Made by a program: the position numbers and the translations under genes. The notes below the pieces were generated by a model. It was not told where the DNA came from and searched no databases. It saw nothing but the letters and a program-made list of their open reading frames with translations. DNA of 64,000 nt from Porphyridium purpureum. Taxonomy: Eukaryota. The DNA is taken from positions 1,364,001 to 1,428,000 of the forward strand of contig VRMN01000004.1 in NCBI GenBank assembly GCA_008690995.1, read 5' to 3'. Of this stretch, positions 54,290 through 64,000 are shown in pieces (the stretch's first letter is position 1; the number at the start of each line of letters is the position of its first letter).

Positions 54290-55954
54290 ATGGCGTTCGC
54301 GGGCGTTCCAGGAGTTGAATTGGCTGCCGGGTCATACAGGACGTCGCGAGCAGCGTCATCGCTATCGTCATCGTCTTCGAATGCGTTCGCGACGCAGAGC
54401 GTGCGCGCGAGGCGCGCGCGCATGGTGGTCCGTTTCGGTGCCAAGGAACAGGAAGTAGAGTCAGCGCCCGAGGCAGATGGCGAGATGGCTCACTTTCGGG
54501 AGGAGTGCGGGGTGATGGCGGTGTACAACGTGGCAGACGCCGCGCGTGTCACGTACTTTGGGCTGCACACGTTGCAGCATCGCGGACAGGAAGGCGCCGG
54601 AATCGTCGTTTCTGACGGCACGCGACTGAAAGAACTGAAAGGGCTGGGGCTGGTAAGTGAAGTGTTTACGGACGAGATGCTCAACTCGGCGACGGGCAAC
54701 CGGGCAATCGGGCACGTGCGCTACAGCACGTCTGGCGAAAAGTCAGTGCGAAACGTCCAGCCCTTCACCGTCGGGTCCCGCGACGGCTCGCTCTCAATTT
54801 GCCACAATGGAAACCTAACGAATGCGGGGCGCCTGCGTGCTGAACTTGAGCTGCGAGGCTCTATTTTCAATACAAGCTCTGACACTGAGACCGTGCTGCA
54901 CCTTATGGCAACGTCCGTGTACGGCGGCAGCACCAAGGGGCGTCAACAAGGCCTTTTGCGGCGGGCCGCAGACGCGCTCAATCGGGTCGAAGGGGCGTAC
55001 TCAATCGTAATCATGACCAAGGACGTGATGATTGCCGTCCGTGATCCGCGCGGCTTCCGCCCACTTGTCATGGGCCGCTTGCAATCTGGTTATATTTTCG
55101 CATCGGAAACGTGTGCGCTGGATATTATCGGGGCTGAATTTGTGCGCGAAGTTGAACCGGGCGAAATGGTAGTGTTAGATGGCGCGGGCATCAAATCTCT
55201 TTCGCCCTTCCCGCGTCAGCTGCGCAAAGCCTGTGTGTTTGAGCACATCTACTTTAGCAAGCCAAGTTCCTTGATTTTTGGGCGTTCCGTGTACATGAGC
55301 CGATACCGCTTTGGTCAGATCCTCGCTCAAGTCGCTCCGGTTGATGCGGACGTTGTTATACCAGTTCCTGACAGTGGAATCCCGGCGGCGCTCGGGTATG
55401 CAGCTGCGTCAGGTATCGAGTTCCAGCATGGCATCATGCGGAGCTCATATGTCGGCCGCACGTTTATTCAACCGACACAGTCCATGAGGGATATTGGGGT
55501 GAAGCTAAAGCTCGCTCCGGTCACCGAGCTGATCGCCGGGAAAGATATTGTGGTGGTGGACGACTCAATTGTGCGTGGTACGACGTCGCGCAAGATCGTC
55601 AAGATGCTGAGAGAAGCAGGAGCACGGAAAATTCATGTACGAATCGCTTGCCCTCCCATCCTGGGAGGCTGCTACTATGGAGTCGACACACCCGACCAGT
55701 CCCAACTCATTTCTCACTCGATGACTGATGAAGAGGTTTGCGAGTACATTGGCGCAGACAGTCTTTCATTTGTCCCGCTGAAGAATTTGCGTCAGTTCCT
55801 GGGCGACGAAAGTAGGACTTTCTGTGATGCGTGTTTCAGCCTGGAGTACCCAGTCCCTCCATTAGATGTTGGCGACAGCGATGATGAAGATGAAGAATAT
55901 GTGAGCAGTACGGCCAGTATAAATGCACTGGGGTTCCAGGCACCGACCGGTTGA
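54290..55954 (+). CDS. purF: Amidophosphoribosyltransferase, plastid-targeted
   Basis: MAF transit peptide, EECGV, LQHRGQEGAGI, GHVRYST, HNGNLTN, VDDSIVRGTT and Fe-S cysteines (CYYG, FCDACF). Confidence 0.96.
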   Translation: MAFAGVPGVELAAGSYRTSRAASSLSSSSSNAFATQSVRARRARMVVRFGAKEQEVESAPEADGEMAHFREECGVMAVYNVADAARVTYFGLHTLQHRGQEGAGIVVSDGTRLKELKGLGLVSEVFTDEMLNSATGNRAIGHVRYSTSGEKSVRNVQPFTVGSRDGSLSICHNGNLTNAGRLRAELELRGSIFNTSSDTETVLHLMATSVYGGSTKGRQQGLLRRAADALNRVEGAYSIVIMTKDVMIAVRDPRGFRPLVMGRLQSGYIFASETCALDIIGAEFVREVEPGEMVVLDGAGIKSLSPFPRQLRKACVFEHIYFSKPSSLIFGRSVYMSRYRFGQILAQVAPVDADVVIPVPDSGIPAALGYAAASGIEFQHGIMRSSYVGRTFIQPTQSMRDIGVKLKLAPVTELIAGKDIVVVDDSIVRGTTSRKIVKMLREAGARKIHVRIACPPILGGCYYGVDTPDQSQLISHSMTDEEVCEYIGADSLSFVPLKNLRQFLGDESRTFCDACFSLEYPVPPLDVGDSDDEDEEYVSSTASINALGFQAPTG

Positions 55955-56266
55955 GCACGGCCTGATTGGCCCAGCATGCTCCGTTGTCAGGATCCAGGTC
56001 ATAGTGCCACAAAGTCATGTTGGAACGAGTTTGAACACCCCGAGCATCATCATGAGTAGCACTGAGGCCTGCGGTAGGCTTGCGAATTCGTGAACCTCGC
56101 AAGCCGCGCTGTGACTAGCTCGGAATCTCCGCATTCTAACTGTTCATGAATTAAATGGAGAATTTCTTCGCGATTTAGCCGGTTACTTCCAATGTGTCTT
56201 GTTGACCCGCCAGATTGGAGACTCCGTCAACACGCTACGGACTCGCGAAAAGGAATGACGCTACTG

Positions 56267-57259
56267 CTAATCATAGATCGGGATGAAGCATCCCATACCC
56301 TGGCAAAACTCACCGGGGTTATTGAGGCGCCGGTTCGCATTCAAGCCACTGAGAACTGCCATTTCAGAATCGCTCAGTTCAAAGTCAAAGATGTTGAGGT
56401 TCTCCTCCAGACGCGCGACTTGATTCGACTTTGGAATGACAACAGTATTGCGCTGCACGCCCCACCGCAGAACGACTTGAGCAGGCGTCTTTGACTTGGA
56501 AGCTGCGATCTGCTTCACCTCGGCTCTGTTCAGGACGCTTTCTTCTGCAGAGGCCATGTTCAGCTCTACGTAGGATCCGGAGCCTAGCGGTGAAAAGGCT
56601 GTGCAAAGCATGCCGCATTCCTGTTGAACGAAGCGCACGAGTTTTTCTTGCGTCAGCGTGGGGTGAAGCTCCACCTGCACGACAGACGGCTGAATTTCGC
56701 TGTACGCGATCACATCCACGAGTGTCTGAACATTCACATTACACAGGCCAATTGCCTTGACGAGACCCTCTCGTACGAGATCCTCCATACACCTCCATGT
56801 TTCTTGCAATGGGACGTGGTCTAGCTCCATCTTCGGATCCGCGGCGTCTGGATCATGAATCCACTCTGGCGGGTAGCGCTGATCAAACGGGACGTACCTG
56901 AGCGAGATGGTCGGGAAATGGATCAAATACAGATCGAGATACTGTAACTTTAGATCGCGCAGACTCTTCAGGCAAGCATCGCGGACGTACTCCTTGCGGT
57001 GATACGTATTCCACAGCTTGGACGTCACAAACACATCTTCCCGACGCAATCCCGTGGCAAACACACGCGAAAGCCCATCCCCGACCTCCTCTTCGTTCCC
57101 ATAGTCGCAAGCCGAATCGAAAGCGCGGTAACCAAGGCGCGCAGCTTCAACAACGAGATCTGCACATCGCGCCTTGTCCACCTTCCATAGCCCAAAGCCG
57201 ATTTGCGGCACTCGCGCCGAGCTGCCCGGCAGCGCGAGCGACGGAATGTTCGCAGTCAT
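56267..57259 (-). CDS. Aldo-keto reductase (xylose reductase / mannose-6-phosphate reductase-like)
   Basis: GFGLWK, DSACDYGNEEEVG, TSKLWN, YLDLYLIHFP and IPKS. Confidence 0.9.
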   Translation of the reverse strand: MTANIPSLALPGSSARVPQIGFGLWKVDKARCADLVVEAARLGYRAFDSACDYGNEEEVGDGLSRVFATGLRREDVFVTSKLWNTYHRKEYVRDACLKSLRDLKLQYLDLYLIHFPTISLRYVPFDQRYPPEWIHDPDAADPKMELDHVPLQETWRCMEDLVREGLVKAIGLCNVNVQTLVDVIAYSEIQPSVVQVELHPTLTQEKLVRFVQQECGMLCTAFSPLGSGSYVELNMASAEESVLNRAEVKQIAASKSKTPAQVVLRWGVQRNTVVIPKSNQVARLEENLNIFDFELSDSEMAVLSGLNANRRLNNPGEFCQGMGCFIPIYD

Positions 57260-57652
57260 TGCGTGAAACAAATATGCTCCTTTCTTCCAACCGAGAAACC
57301 AGAAGGAAAGAGCAGTACAGTTGATAGCTTCTTGAACAATTTTTACAATGTTTTATTTGAGCAGAAGCCACATGGTCCACACCAGGAGCGGAAAGGAACA
57401 CGAGTGTAAGAACACGACGAATGCTGCTGCTCTGGAGATGCCAGAGGAATAGGCACATGCGCTTGTACCTCTCACTTCCATAAGCCTACAGGATACTTGT
57501 ACGAACACGCATAGGTATGCACAATACGAAACGGCGAGGACAGGATCGAAACCGTCCATGATCGGAAGCCATTCTGATCTTGGTGAAGCCTGATATACGC
57601 ACCTCGCAAGCTTGCAACAGAGCCTCATGCGGGGCAAGTTTCAATGCGGGCA

Positions 57653-58921
57653 CTAACGCAGACGCTTGCGAGCCGTCAAGGGTTCGTCCACCGTACTTCG
57701 CTTGCGGCTAGTTAGCCTTTTCCCTGAAGTCTGCTTCGACGCCGAAGCCTGCGACTGTTGATGCTTGGCTGCGCCCTTGTCATTTTCTGTTAAAAACGCC
57801 GAACGAGAACATAAACGAGCAAGCCATGGTGAGTCTCATCCCGCATGATACAGACAGGATCAAAAGCACGCTGCCCCCGCTTTCAACGAGCGTCGACACG
57901 ACACTCATAATCGTACCTTTTAGTACCGTTAGATCCTCTTGCGATGACGATGCGACTTCAACATGACACGAGTGATACGGTGTCACAAGAAGTCCGCCAT
58001 TCAGTCTGAGAATGTCTTCGGAAAACCAAGACACGTCGTTTTCCAATGGTGCTGGTCGGAAAAACGGAGGCTCGTAATCTCGCGGGGTTTTCTCATCAAA
58101 GTACAAAATCTTGAGCGCAAACACGAGTTCTCCATGCTTGTTGAGCGAAGGCAGGCTCGACACCATGTCAAGCACCCCAGTCAGCATCTCCTTGGTAAAC
58201 TGAATAACGTGGTCCTTGCTCCCCGTGGCCCGCGCGCCACGAGCCATTCTTTTGGAGAGCAGAGACATGTTGGGTCCGTCTTCGCCATACTGAAATCCAA
58301 AAGAGAATGACTCGATCATTTTCATATCCTCAAATTTCTTGGCATCCCCTTTGACAAAGATCTGCAACAGGAGCTGCTCGAGAAATTGCTTTTGTACGGC
58401 ATCAAACACCTGATGCTCATAAAGACAGATACAGAAATCATGAAAACAAAGTATTAGCCGTCGAACTCAACGGAACTGTTCCAAACGGAGCCCAGAAAGT
58501 CTGCATAACAAACATACACCTTGCTCTAGCCAGTTGGCGAGCTTCTGGGCATCTTCACTGGCCTTTGAATTGATACGTTTCACACGCAATTCCCCAATGG
58601 TTGCATCCTCAAAACATTCCTCCGGAAGCAAGCCGCGCTGGTGCACAATACTTGAAATGCTTGCGCGCAGAAAATTTTTCATGAGAGCCAGACTCTCTGT
58701 CTGGGTCACTGTGCTCTGGCGCACGAGCTGGGTCTGTGAAGTCCACCAGCAGGACAAAGAGGAAAGTGAAAGCATCTCACGTCAGCAAGTATGCCCCTCT
58801 ACCTTTCATGGTACGTGGAGGAGCATGATACGACTGGTTGCCTGGAAAAAATGCGAGCACTGCATCATGAGGGAGATCGAGGTGATCTACGCATGCACAC
58901 GCTAAAGCATACCGTTGCCAT
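57653..58921 (-). CDS. HOP1: Meiotic HORMA-domain protein; exons 58921-58913, 58733-58518, 58409-57917, 57786-57653 (283 aa)
   Basis: ESLALMKNFLRASISSIVHQRGLLPEECF, WLEQG|VFDAVQKQFL and KILYFDEKTPRDYEPPFF. Three GT-AG introns (GTATGC, GTATGT, GTACGA) keep the frame. A C-terminal RKRSTVDEPL resembles a closure motif. Confidence 0.85.
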
Positions 58922-59411
58922 GATGAAGTGATACCGACGCGGCCCTCCTGTCTCTTGATACAGCGAGCTTAAAACACCCGCGGCTCGCTGGAACGCAACG
59001 CCCGGAGCACCTGCTTGAAAAAAAGTACGAAAAGTGCACCAACCAAGGTCGAAATCGCGACACCCGTCCTCACCCGAGAAGCGCAGGCACAAACCTCCCA
59101 CCAGAGGCCGCTGATCTCGACGAGTCGGTCCGACGTTCCACTCTCACTCCCTCTCCCGCCCTACTGCTTCCCTCGCTATGTGCGTGTCCCTGTTTCTTCC
59201 GCAGCGTGCATGCCGAAAAGCTGATTCGGAAAATTATCAGAGCGAGATTGTTTCGTCTGTCGAGGTGGAAAAGGATGGCATTTATGGTTTGAGACGCGGG
59301 TGGCGCAGGAAGCATACACTTTTTTTTGGGTCAACAAAACATAAAGGAACAGAACGATTCAGAAGCTGGCGATGTTCTCCATCCCGAGAGTAGGGATTCA
59401 GCACCACATCC

Positions 59412-61085
59412 TCACATTTGCCCGAACTGACCTAAAAGCCTCTCGACTGCCAGATTGACATTCCCGCCTGATCTTTGCAGGGCGTTGATGCACATGCTGG
59501 TGTCCATGAATCCCATGTCCCGGAGCTGTTGCAGTTGCGTAGCGTACAATTGCTCGAGCTGATCTTGGGACATCACTGGTTGCGGCACCGAACTTGGGGC
59601 TTGAGGAAACCCTGTAGGAGCGCCCGCACTGCCAAACATACCCATCAGCTGCGACAGATCTGGAGCGGGCGCGGAAGTGGACCCTGTATTGGTTGTGGAG
59701 GGTGTGGTACCAGTTCCAGGCATCGCTGTGGTGCCCCCAGACGAGCCAAGCGGGAAGGAACCCATCCCCGCGAACGCAGAAGGATCCATGGTGCCGCCTC
59801 GCATTGCATTCTGCAACTGCATGCTCATACGCATCATTTCCGGACTGGTCATCATCTGAAGGAATTCAGGGTTGGATAACATTTCACCAACCTGCGGATT
59901 CGACTCGGCTAGTGCTCGCAAATTGGGATCCCGATTCAAAAGTTGCTCGCGCATATTTGGATCCCGCATCATGTGCTGCATCATTCCTTGCACCATTTGC
60001 TGCATCATCGGATCCTCCATCATCTGCATCATTCCTTGCATGTCAGGCACAGGAGCCGCACCGGGTGTCGACCCTGGAGCTGTCGCACTGCCCGAAAAGG
60101 CACCCAGTCCACCTGGAAAGGCAGGAGTTTGGCCTGGAGGGTTTGCTTGAGCGGCAGTTGAAGGCGCTGTGGGTCCTCCGCTTTGTCCCCATGGATTCGG
60201 CATCGGCTGTGTCGAAGGTGTGGTCGAGGGGTTAAACAAATCGGCAAACGGATTTTCTGAGTCTGCTCCCGTTCGATTGTCGTTGCTCGGCGTCTGCATG
60301 GCGTCAGCAAGGGGCGCCGCGACGTTTTCATGCATGCGACGAAGAGCGTCAAACCCACCCGGCATCATCTCTATGTTCGCCATTGCGCGATCCGAGTTGC
60401 GCGTCATCTCGGACATCATTGCCGGGTTGCGAGCCATTTCCATGGCCTGCCGAATACTATTCGGGTCATTCAAAATGTGAGCAAGTTCTGGATTCGTTTC
60501 CATCAGCTGCCGCACCTGAGGGTTCGACATCATGATGTTGCGCACAAGCTCCGGGTTCTGCATCATGCTCTGCATCATCGGTGATTCCATCATCTGGCGC
60601 ATCATATCCGGATTCTGCTGAAGCATCTGCTGTGCCTGGTTGATGTCCATGCCCGGGAGCCCGCCTGGCGCTCCCCCGAATGGAGGCATCATCCCAGCTC
60701 CTGGCGCGGACGCGCCATTGAAACCGTCGCCACCCATTCCAAAACCACCAAAGGGATTGCTACCAGGCGCGGGAGCCGCTTGCCCCGGAGTCGGCGTAGC
60801 AGTCACTGCCGGCTGCTGCGGCTGTGGCGCCGGTGCTGTGCCGGGAGCCGCGGCCGAGCGCACCATGTGCATGGTATGCCCACTCTCCAGCCCGTTCTTC
60901 TCCACAAGCTCGCGGATGGTTTGTCCATCTTTCAGGACATGGCCCCTGTAAATGAGCCGCTGTCTCTCCGGCTCGACGTCGCATTGCGCGGCGAGACGCA
61001 CTTTGAATGCCGCAATGCTCTCCTCCATGTCCTCCAGGTGGACGGAGAACTTGCTCCCCGTGGACGACTTGATATGAATATCCAT
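59412..61085 (-). CDS. DSK2: Ubiquilin (UBL-STI1-UBA)
   Basis: QRLIYRGHVLKD, Met/Gln-rich STI1 repeats, DRAMANIEMMPGGFDALRRM, and UBA YATQLQQLRDMGF...GGNVNLAVERLL. Confidence 0.95.
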   Translation of the reverse strand: MDIHIKSSTGSKFSVHLEDMEESIAAFKVRLAAQCDVEPERQRLIYRGHVLKDGQTIRELVEKNGLESGHTMHMVRSAAAPGTAPAPQPQQPAVTATPTPGQAAPAPGSNPFGGFGMGGDGFNGASAPGAGMMPPFGGAPGGLPGMDINQAQQMLQQNPDMMRQMMESPMMQSMMQNPELVRNIMMSNPQVRQLMETNPELAHILNDPNSIRQAMEMARNPAMMSEMTRNSDRAMANIEMMPGGFDALRRMHENVAAPLADAMQTPSNDNRTGADSENPFADLFNPSTTPSTQPMPNPWGQSGGPTAPSTAAQANPPGQTPAFPGGLGAFSGSATAPGSTPGAAPVPDMQGMMQMMEDPMMQQMVQGMMQHMMRDPNMREQLLNRDPNLRALAESNPQVGEMLSNPEFLQMMTSPEMMRMSMQLQNAMRGGTMDPSAFAGMGSFPLGSSGGTTAMPGTGTTPSTTNTGSTSAPAPDLSQLMGMFGSAGAPTGFPQAPSSVPQPVMSQDQLEQLYATQLQQLRDMGFMDTSMCINALQRSGGNVNLAVERLLGQFGQM

Positions 61086-61663
61086 TCTTCCTCCTCTGCG
61101 GTTCCGCGACGCGCGCGCCAGCCAATCGACAAATACACGCGAGGCTCCTCTCGTGTCGCCACCCGGACGCGCGCGCGCGGCAACGTCCGCCCTTTGCTGC
61201 ACCGACTGCAGCGCCCACCCGCGTCACCCGCCTTGCCGCGATTACCGGCGCCAATCGCTCGACGACACCGTTCCCCACCTTAACATACGAACGCACACAC
61301 CTTCTCCCTTGCTCACTCGTCTCCACCACGCGTGACTCCAACTGGTGGCAAGGCGCTCGAGCGCGTTTGACGTGCTGGCAACCCGCGCGACCGCGCGCCG
61401 CGAGTCCTTTTAATGCGAGCCGGAAGCGCAGCGCGCAGCGCGCTAGCAAAACGGCGTCCGTTTAGACGCAACTCGCGCGCGCACTGTACCGCTGCCTCGT
61501 TCCGCGCTGTACTTTCCGCCACGCGTGCGAGTGGCGTGTGCGTTGCAGCGCGGGTGTGGCCGCTGCTCGGGTTGCACTCTCGGCAGGCGACCTAGCAGGC
61601 TGGGTTCTAGCACAGCGGCGTGGCGCGCAGGACTTGGCGCGCCTCCGCCAGCTTTAATAAACA

Positions 61664-62348
61664 TTACAGATCTTTCGGACGGCGCGTGTGCTCGTCGAAT
61701 TGTTGGTAAATCTCGTCCGAGAACGCCGGGTACTACAGAGGCCAGCACCACCGTTGCACATCCACCGCACACAAGACGCACGTCGCACGCGTGAAGGAAA
61801 CAAGCAATGCGCGTATCGGATCGCATCACATCGCGACAGAAAAAGGAACAAGGACCGAACATTAATACATGCAAAAGAAAAGCATCCGCAGGGTACTGGA
61901 TTAGCAAACGATCTGCGCAAAGGAGGACCAAGAACACCATCCTGTATCGCGGCACCCGCTGCTGGACCGCCAACACATTAAAACAGATGCACGCTGCGTG
62001 TGATAAACGTACCATAAGACCAGACCGCTTCGCATTGACTTTGAGCTTCTCGCGCTCGTCCGCATCCACAATATCGATCGAGTACTCGCGCAGCAAGGTG
62101 CGATACTCGCTCATCGCGCTCTGCATTCGAACATACTCTTGCAGCGCGCGCTCAGGAGACGAACTCTCCACGTTCCGCGCGAGAAACTCGAACGACATGT
62201 GCGAATGCGCCGAAACCTGCTGCTGCAAGACCTGCTGCGTAAGCTCGACACAGCTTTGCGCGCTCCTTTGACTGGCGGCGCGATCTTGCGACTGGCGCAA
62301 TGCGCGGCTGGTGCGCAGCGCCGCTCTCAACACCTTCCTCATCGACAT
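61664..62348 (-). CDS. FMC1-like mitochondrial ATP synthase assembly factor; exons 62348-62013 and 61732-61664
   Basis: EYVRMQSAMSEYRTLLREYS...EREKLKVNAKRSGLM resembles the FMC1 C-terminal motif. Donor GTACGT, branch GCTAAT, then an AG-free stretch to the TAG acceptor; exon 2 is YPAFSDEIYQQFDEHTRRPKDL*. Confidence 0.55.
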
Positions 62349-62654
62349 GTTGGTCTCAACCCTGGATAGGCGCTTCTCAGCCTCCTGAAGAACTACGCTT
62401 ATTGTACTGCGCGTGCATCAGTGGCGTTCAGTGGCGCGTGAGACTGTGGCCGTCCCGGGAAAAAGTACGAGCAAAGAAATCAAGCAAATGTGCTCGCGTG
62501 CCGTGAATCTCGGCACAACCAGAAAGGGAGGGCAGACAAGCGACAAAAGGAGACATTTACATCACCATTTCACAAACTCGACACACAAGGATCGACCCGA
62601 TTTCGAACAAAGTCGGAGCAAGATAGCAATCTCTGATTCTCCGCGTAGAAAGCC

Positions 62655-64000
62655 TCAAGTAAACGCTCTCTCCAATAAAGAAGCAATGGCACCGGTCATC
62701 TTCTTGCGTTCCATGTCGGCTTCCAGGCGCAGCGCGTGTTGTTCCGCCGCCTCAGTCACCACGTTCGGAATACCGGCGATCTTTGCGCAATAAATACCCC
62801 GCGAATAAGGCGCAGAGCCCTTGATGAGTTTGTACAGGAATGTGATCCTCTGCTCGGCTTCATCGACCTCGGCCGCCATTTGATACTGCGAGACGTGCTT
62901 TGCCATTTCCGATGGTAGCGTCTCGCACAGACCGTGATAATGTGTGCTGAAGAGCGCTCGACACTGAAGTCGCTGGATCACGTCTTCGAGCACAGCCCCA
63001 GCTATCGATACCCCATCAAATGTGGATGTACCGCGACCCAATTCGTCCAGAATTAGAAGCGAATGAGGCGAGGCATATTTAAGCATTGCCGCGGTCTCCT
63101 CCATCTCGACCATAAAGGTTGATTGGCCCCTGGTAATTCTGTCAACCGCGCCCAAACGGGTGAAAATGCGGTCGACTGGCGTCAGAGCAAAAGATGAAGC
63201 CGGAACATAGCAGCCAACCTGTGCCATGATTACCGCGAGCGCAATCTGACGCAAGAGCGTGCTTTTGCCGCCCATGTTTGGTCCTGACAAGATCATGACT
63301 CGTGCTTGATGCCCGGTTCCACACCCGCCGACTTTTTCGTCGCAGACACCAAGCGCGACATTATTTGTCACAAATCCGTGCTGCATGCGCAACGCAAGGA
63401 CACAGTGATACAAACCTTCAGCGCGGAGAAACGGACCCTGCGGCTCGAGCTGGCCCAGAGACTTTCCTGAATTTGGATTGACCATGGTGGGCCGACACAT
63501 GTTCTGGTCCAAACTCACCACTGCTAGTGCAAGCAAGGCGTCCATTTCTGCAATGCATGAAGCGACCGACTTCCACAATTCGCCACGCTCCATAAATTTG
63601 GTGATGATTCGGCGGTACGTCTGCTTTTGCACAGCGGCGAGCGTCTCTGACGCTTCCTGCCAGTCCCGTACTAATGCGCGAATATCTGCCGTCCAATAGC
63701 GCGTATCCCCAGATTTTTTGCTTCCTTGCGACATTAGCTGGAAACCATTCAGCTTGTTGCTGTGCTGATGACGCGCAAGCCAACGACCAGGCACTTCGAG
63801 CTGGTATGGCTCCTTTCCGCGGTGGTACCATTTCAGTAGAGGCTCGCCCCACTGCTTTTTCAAGGTATTGAGAATCTGATCGAGGTGAGCTTCCACTTTT
63901 TTCAGTCGATCTGTGGCGGCGTCAAGCTCGACGTCCACGCCTGTCCTCGGAATCAACTCTGGATTCGCTTGTGTGGCCAATGCCCAGTCAAATGCATTTC
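62655..64000 (-). CDS. MSH6: DNA mismatch repair protein MSH6 (5'-partial; continues past the right edge)
   Basis: AFDW, PYQLEVP, RYWT, GPNMGGKSTLLRQ, DRIFTRLGA, DELGRGTSTFDG and FSTHYH. Confidence 0.9.
   Translation of the reverse strand, partial: NAFDWALATQANPELIPRTGVDVELDAATDRLKKVEAHLDQILNTLKKQWGEPLLKWYHRGKEPYQLEVPGRWLARHQHSNKLNGFQLMSQGSKKSGDTRYWTADIRALVRDWQEASETLAAVQKQTYRRIITKFMERGELWKSVASCIAEMDALLALAVVSLDQNMCRPTMVNPNSGKSLGQLEPQGPFLRAEGLYHCVLALRMQHGFVTNNVALGVCDEKVGGCGTGHQARVMILSGPNMGGKSTLLRQIALAVIMAQVGCYVPASSFALTPVDRIFTRLGAVDRITRGQSTFMVEMEETAAMLKYASPHSLLILDELGRGTSTFDGVSIAGAVLEDVIQRLQCRALFSTHYHGLCETLPSEMAKHVSQYQMAAEVDEAEQRITFLYKLIKGSAPYSRGIYCAKIAGIPNVVTEAAEQHALRLEADMERKKMTGAIASLLERAFT

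Noticed and set aside
61443..62012. Unspliced 301-aa version of the FMC1-like ORF
   Set aside because: After GLM the sequence has a donor, branch site and pyrimidine-rich AG-free tract and translates to unnatural Cys/Phe-rich text. It is better explained as an intron.

Overview
Eukaryotic nuclear DNA with a GC-rich, gene-dense, intron-poor body. It most likely comes from a unicellular red alga (Porphyridium-like). This is an inference from several plastid transit peptides starting MAF-, EFL in place of EF-1alpha, and very few spliceosomal introns. Positions 1 to ~12 kb are a transposon-rich island: an apparently intact Ty1/copia element running off the left edge, an identical solo LTR with a 5-bp TSD, a decayed gypsy-like remnant and a 51-nt poly(A). 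Positions ~12-64 kb hold about 29 genes, often head-to-head, including EFL, TIM50, PGDH, AdoMetDC, three Alba genes, a UBAP2L-like gene, uL3m, TFIIF-alpha-like, HCF107/Mbb1-like, PHR2-like, GlnRS, FKBP, Mpv17, U2A', purF, an aldo-keto reductase, HOP1/ASY1, DSK2, FMC1-like and MSH6 (partial). The most notable observations are: (1) an intact AdoMetDC fused to an ornithine-decarboxylase-fold domain that has lost its catalytic and PLP-binding residues, with an overlapping uORF; (2) a tandem Alba triplet in which two divergent copies carry mitochondrial-type presequences; (3) a recurrent promoter motif, GCGGTACAG; (4) an unassigned, highly structured ncRNA candidate at ~30.1-30.5 kb; (5) a minimal three-intron HOP1/ASY1; (6) a pair of paralogs sharing an unrecognised 9-Cys domain. 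All homology calls are by eye from motifs; no searches were run.
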